NCBI GenBank assembly: GCA_023411405.1
Contig: JAEYOU010000117.1
Span: 1 to 41,274 of the forward strand
Reading direction: 5' to 3'
Length of the DNA stretch: 41,274 bases
Origin: Pseudomonadota bacterium
GTDB taxonomy: Bacteria > Myxococcota > Myxococcia > Myxococcales > Anaeromyxobacteraceae
Shown here: positions 39,637 to 41,274 of the stretch, one piece after another
How the letters are laid out: every line of letters begins with the position of its first letter
Position numbering within the stretch: the stretch's first letter is position 1
Notes under the pieces: generated by a model
Databases searched by the model: none
Seen by the model: the letters and a program-made list of their open reading frames with translations, nothing else
What the model was told of the DNA's origin: nothing
Translations under genes and position numbers: made by a program

Positions 39637-40610
39637 CTACAGCTTGCGATCACGCAGGCGACCGATCCACTCGAGGATCGTGCCGCGCTGAGGGCCAGGG
39701 TTCGTCCAGTTGAACATCGCGAAGAGCTCCTCCGCGAGGTCAGCGGCTACCTGCTCCCAGCCCGACGCGAGATCGGTGGTGTGGATGCGCTTCTCGATCT
39801 CGAAGTGATCCTCAACACACTTTCGGTCATCCCGGAACGGAACCCCGGGGTAAACGAGGGCGGCGAGTCGGCGCTCCTTCATCCGGTGCAGCGAGATCTG
39901 GATGAGCACCTCACCCTGATAGCTCACAGCTTGAAGCAGCCGGTGCGCGAAGAGGACAACTTCCCCGAGGGTGAGTATCGCGTTCACGAAGTCAAGAACG
40001 TTGCCGCCCTGTGACAACGACCCTGTCTCCTCCAGGATCACATGGATGTGTCCGAAGAGGAGCGTGCGAAAGAGCATCCACTGTTCTTTGAATCGACCTG
40101 CCTCCACCGACAGTTCTATGCGGTTGCTCGCGTTGACGGCTCGCGCCCCGAGTTCCGTCGGGAAGTCGAGACCGCGCAGCGAGACGCGGGAGCTCTCAAC
40201 CGCAGTATGCAGGGCTGCGAAGTCCCGCGCCTGCGGCTTGGTCGGACCGACCGGCACGACCAAGACACTGAACGTCCCGCCTCCGTTCTTCGCGCGAAAC
40301 GCCTCCTCGGCTTTCTGCCATACCGTCAACTCGGGGGCGAAGAGCGTCCGCCAACCCGGGTTCTCGGGTGGGCGTTCGCCGGCCATGACGCGGCGGATGC
40401 TGTGGAGCAGATCATCGGACTTCTTGGTCACGGCACGCGAGATGATGTCGCCCATCTCCGCCGGCCCAGCCAGTGCGGTAGCGGCCCCGCTCGTTCGGAC
40501 GAAGATCTCGCCCGGCTTGAACATGGACGTCTTCTTCGTCTGGTTTGCGCCCGCCCGCACGCAGATGATGGGCGTGGACTCGAACTCAGCGACCTGGATG
40601 ACGACGACAG
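39637..40610 (-). pseudogene. 5'-truncated gene; remaining start resembles the end of an AlbA_2/Schlafen-like domain followed by an unknown domain
   Basis: Frame continues upstream of the listed start (VVVIQVAEFESTPIICVRA ... GEIFVRT) up to the IS end; visibly less GC-rich than flanks. Confidence 0.55.
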
Positions 40611-41150
40611 GAGGTAGCTTCAGACGGTGTGTAAAGGCAGAAGGCGACGTAACCTTCCGAAGTCCGAAACCAAGGACCGGGTTGCAGCCCGGTCGGAAGG
40701 AGAGTCGCCGTGAGGAAGGATACGTCGGTGGGCGCCGAGGCGTCCATCGTGACCTGGGAGACGTTGGAGTCGTTCGTCAGGGTGAAGGTGCAGGCGTTCG
40801 TACAGGACCTTCTCGAGGAGGAGGTCACGGCGCTGCTGGGGCGCGGGAAGTCGGTGCGGCGTGACGCGGTGGACGCGGCGCCGGGCTACCGCAACGGCCA
40901 CGGCAAGCCGAGGCGAGTCTCGATGCAGGGCGGCACGATCACCGTGCAGCGGCCTCGCGTTCGCGGCCTCGAGGAGCGGTTCGAGAGCCGGGTGCTGCCG
41001 TTGTTCGAGCGGCGTACGAAGGAGGTTGGCGAGATGCTGCCCGAGCTCTACCTGCACGGCCTTGCCGGCGGGGATTTCGAGCTCGCGCTGCGCGGGCTGC
41101 TCGGCGATGGCGCGCCGCTGTCGGCCTCGTCCATCGAGCGGCTCCGCGTG
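40611..41150 (+). mobile_element. Partial IS256-family insertion sequence (left end plus 5' part of transposase)
   Basis: Putative terminal IR beginning GAGGTAGCTTCAGACGGTGTGTAAA at 40611 (end position inferred); transposase similarity stops near 41150. Confidence 0.7.
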
Positions 41151-41252
41151 GAGACGATCCCCGCGGACCGCGGGCTGACGATCGTGGCGAGCGCGGGGAT
41201 GCGCGGGATCTGGGCGCGGCCGGAAACTGGCTCCCGGGTCGCTCCGGCCTGA
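40710..41252 (+). pseudogene. Truncated IS256-family transposase (N-terminal ~147 aa, no DDE domain)
   Basis: LEEEVTALLGR, GYRNGHGKPR, RPRVR, ELYLHGLAGGDF, LSASSIERL, then unrelated sequence to stop; AAGGAG RBS. Confidence 0.85.
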
Positions 41253-41274
41253 GGCTCGCGCTCGCTGGTGGATG

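Overview
Very GC-rich, myxobacterial-looking DNA (taxonomy inferred from gene content). About 29 kb (175-29168) forms one divergently transcribed biosynthetic locus. The minus-strand arm is largely translationally coupled and encodes: a LolA-like protein, two LolC/E-type permeases, a LolD-type ATPase, an outer-membrane beta-barrel, a FAAL, an acyl-CoA/ACP dehydrogenase, a free ACP, a KS-AT-ACP-Cy-A(Cys)-PCP-Ox hybrid, a Cy-A(Cys)-MT-PCP NRPS, and a terminal KS plus inactivated AT with no ACP, TE or reductase. The plus-strand arm encodes a type II thioesterase, then three genes resembling the bacterial ceramide pathway (serine palmitoyltransferase-like AOS, bCerS-like GNAT, CerR-like NAD(P)-dependent reductase), then two CPBP-family membrane proteins, one lacking the His motifs. 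Main hypothesis: a thiazole/methylthiazoline-bearing acyl chain is built into a sphingolipid/ceramide-like membrane lipid and exported by a dedicated Lol-like pathway. The rest is accessory or decaying DNA: two small hypothetical genes, an AraC regulator, fused AbiE remnants, an SNF2 helicase + SWIM pair, a cystathionine beta-synthase fragment, a porin/sulfate-binding protein divergon with paired palindromic operators, and a gene truncated by a partial IS256-family element. All family calls come from motif reading, not database searches.
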